DNA of 64,000 bases, from the NCBI GenBank assembly GCA_965222795.1, contig OZ244972.1, forward strand, positions 3,008,222 to 3,072,221. The letters run 5' to 3'. Of the stretch, positions 63,657-64,000 are shown one piece after another. The first letter of the stretch is position 1. Every line of letters starts with the position of its first letter. The notes below the pieces were generated by a model that saw nothing but the letters and a program-made list of their open reading frames with translations, was not told where the DNA came from and did not search any database. Source of the stretch: Rhodospirillales bacterium. Its GTDB lineage: Bacteria > Pseudomonadota > Alphaproteobacteria > Kiloniellales > CBDCUY01. The position numbers and the translations under genes are program-made.

Positions 63657-64000
63657 CTATTCGCCGGCCTGGGCGACGGCATAGGCCGGCGCATCCGGCA
63701 GCCGCTGCACCGCAAGCTCCTCGGCAACCTTGCGGAAGGCCCCATAGATGTGCGCAATCTGCTCCTGATCATGGGCCGCCGACACCGAGCAGCGCAGCAA
63801 GGAGGTCGAGTTCGGCGTCCCCGGCGGGATTGCCAGGTTGACATAAACCCCCTCCTCAAACAGCCGGTTCCAGCAGGCAACCGCCTGCTCCTGGCTGTCG
63901 ATCTTTACCGCTATGATCGGGCTCGGCGGTGCTGCCAAGTCAAGCCCCAGAGAACTCAAGCGGCCATAAAAATCATAAACATTGCGCCACAAACTGCGCC
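63657..64000 (-). CDS. alpha-oxoamine synthase family PLP enzyme (serine palmitoyltransferase/KBL/BioF-like), C-terminal part only
   Basis: The frame is open to the window edge. ..GVYVNLAIPPGTPNSTSLLRCSVSAAHDQEQI.. is the typical C-terminal region of SPT/AONS-type enzymes. Confidence 0.65.
   Translation of the reverse strand, partial: RSLWRNVYDFYGRLSSLGLDLAAPPSPIIAVKIDSQEQAVACWNRLFEEGVYVNLAIPPGTPNSTSLLRCSVSAAHDQEQIAHIYGAFRKVAEELAVQRLPDAPAYAVAQAGE

Noticed and set aside
1-64000. tRNA, rRNA, tmRNA, transposase, integrase, phage or defence-system genes.
   Set aside because: I recognised none when reading both strands. Every large ORF has a plausible metabolic, envelope or signalling assignment. 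This negative result is by eye only and should be confirmed with tRNAscan-SE, Infernal, ISfinder and DefenseFinder.

Overview
64-kb chromosomal window, most likely from an alphaproteobacterium (CtrA/ChpT phosphorelay, DUF1134/EipA-type protein, LptFG), with patchy base composition. Hand counts of single 60-nt lines range from 15/60 to 43/60 G+C. The dominant theme is formate/C1 metabolism that depends on W/Mo-pterin enzymes. It comprises a TupBCA-type tungstate ABC transporter, an fdhD-mobA-DUF3305-DUF3306 maturation block, and a Tat-exported Cys-type three-subunit formate dehydrogenase followed by a WD40-cytochrome c fusion. It also comprises an NAD-linked FdsA plus fused NuoE/F-like beta subunit (Fdh1AB-like), a formylmethanofuran module (FwdD-, FwdB-, FwdA-like, Ftr, FwdC-like) followed by an FprA-type flavoprotein, and mfnB. 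Between these lie chpT, an iron ABC pair (fbpA/fbpB), a cheA(REC)-W-Y-B-R cluster without an MCP, ctrA and fliI-fliJ. The right end (54-64 kb) is an envelope-lipid neighbourhood. It holds a DUF2141 / fatty-acid hydroxylase / GNAT-like / nucleotidyltransferase operon, a TPR-2OG oxygenase, lptF-lptG, a lipid kinase, a Tam41-like nucleotidyltransferase and a serine-palmitoyltransferase-like gene. The left end carries housekeeping or accessory genes plus a membrane-anchored pentapeptide-repeat protein. I recognised no rRNA, tRNA, CRISPR array, transposase or integrase. The most interesting items are: the Fwd-like module, which keeps its redox signatures; the lptFG-linked lipid kinase / Tam41-like / SPT-like trio; several perfect 15-21 bp tandem duplications; and a 0.9-kb non-coding gap with a ~25% GC core. 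All family assignments come from remembered motifs, not database searches.
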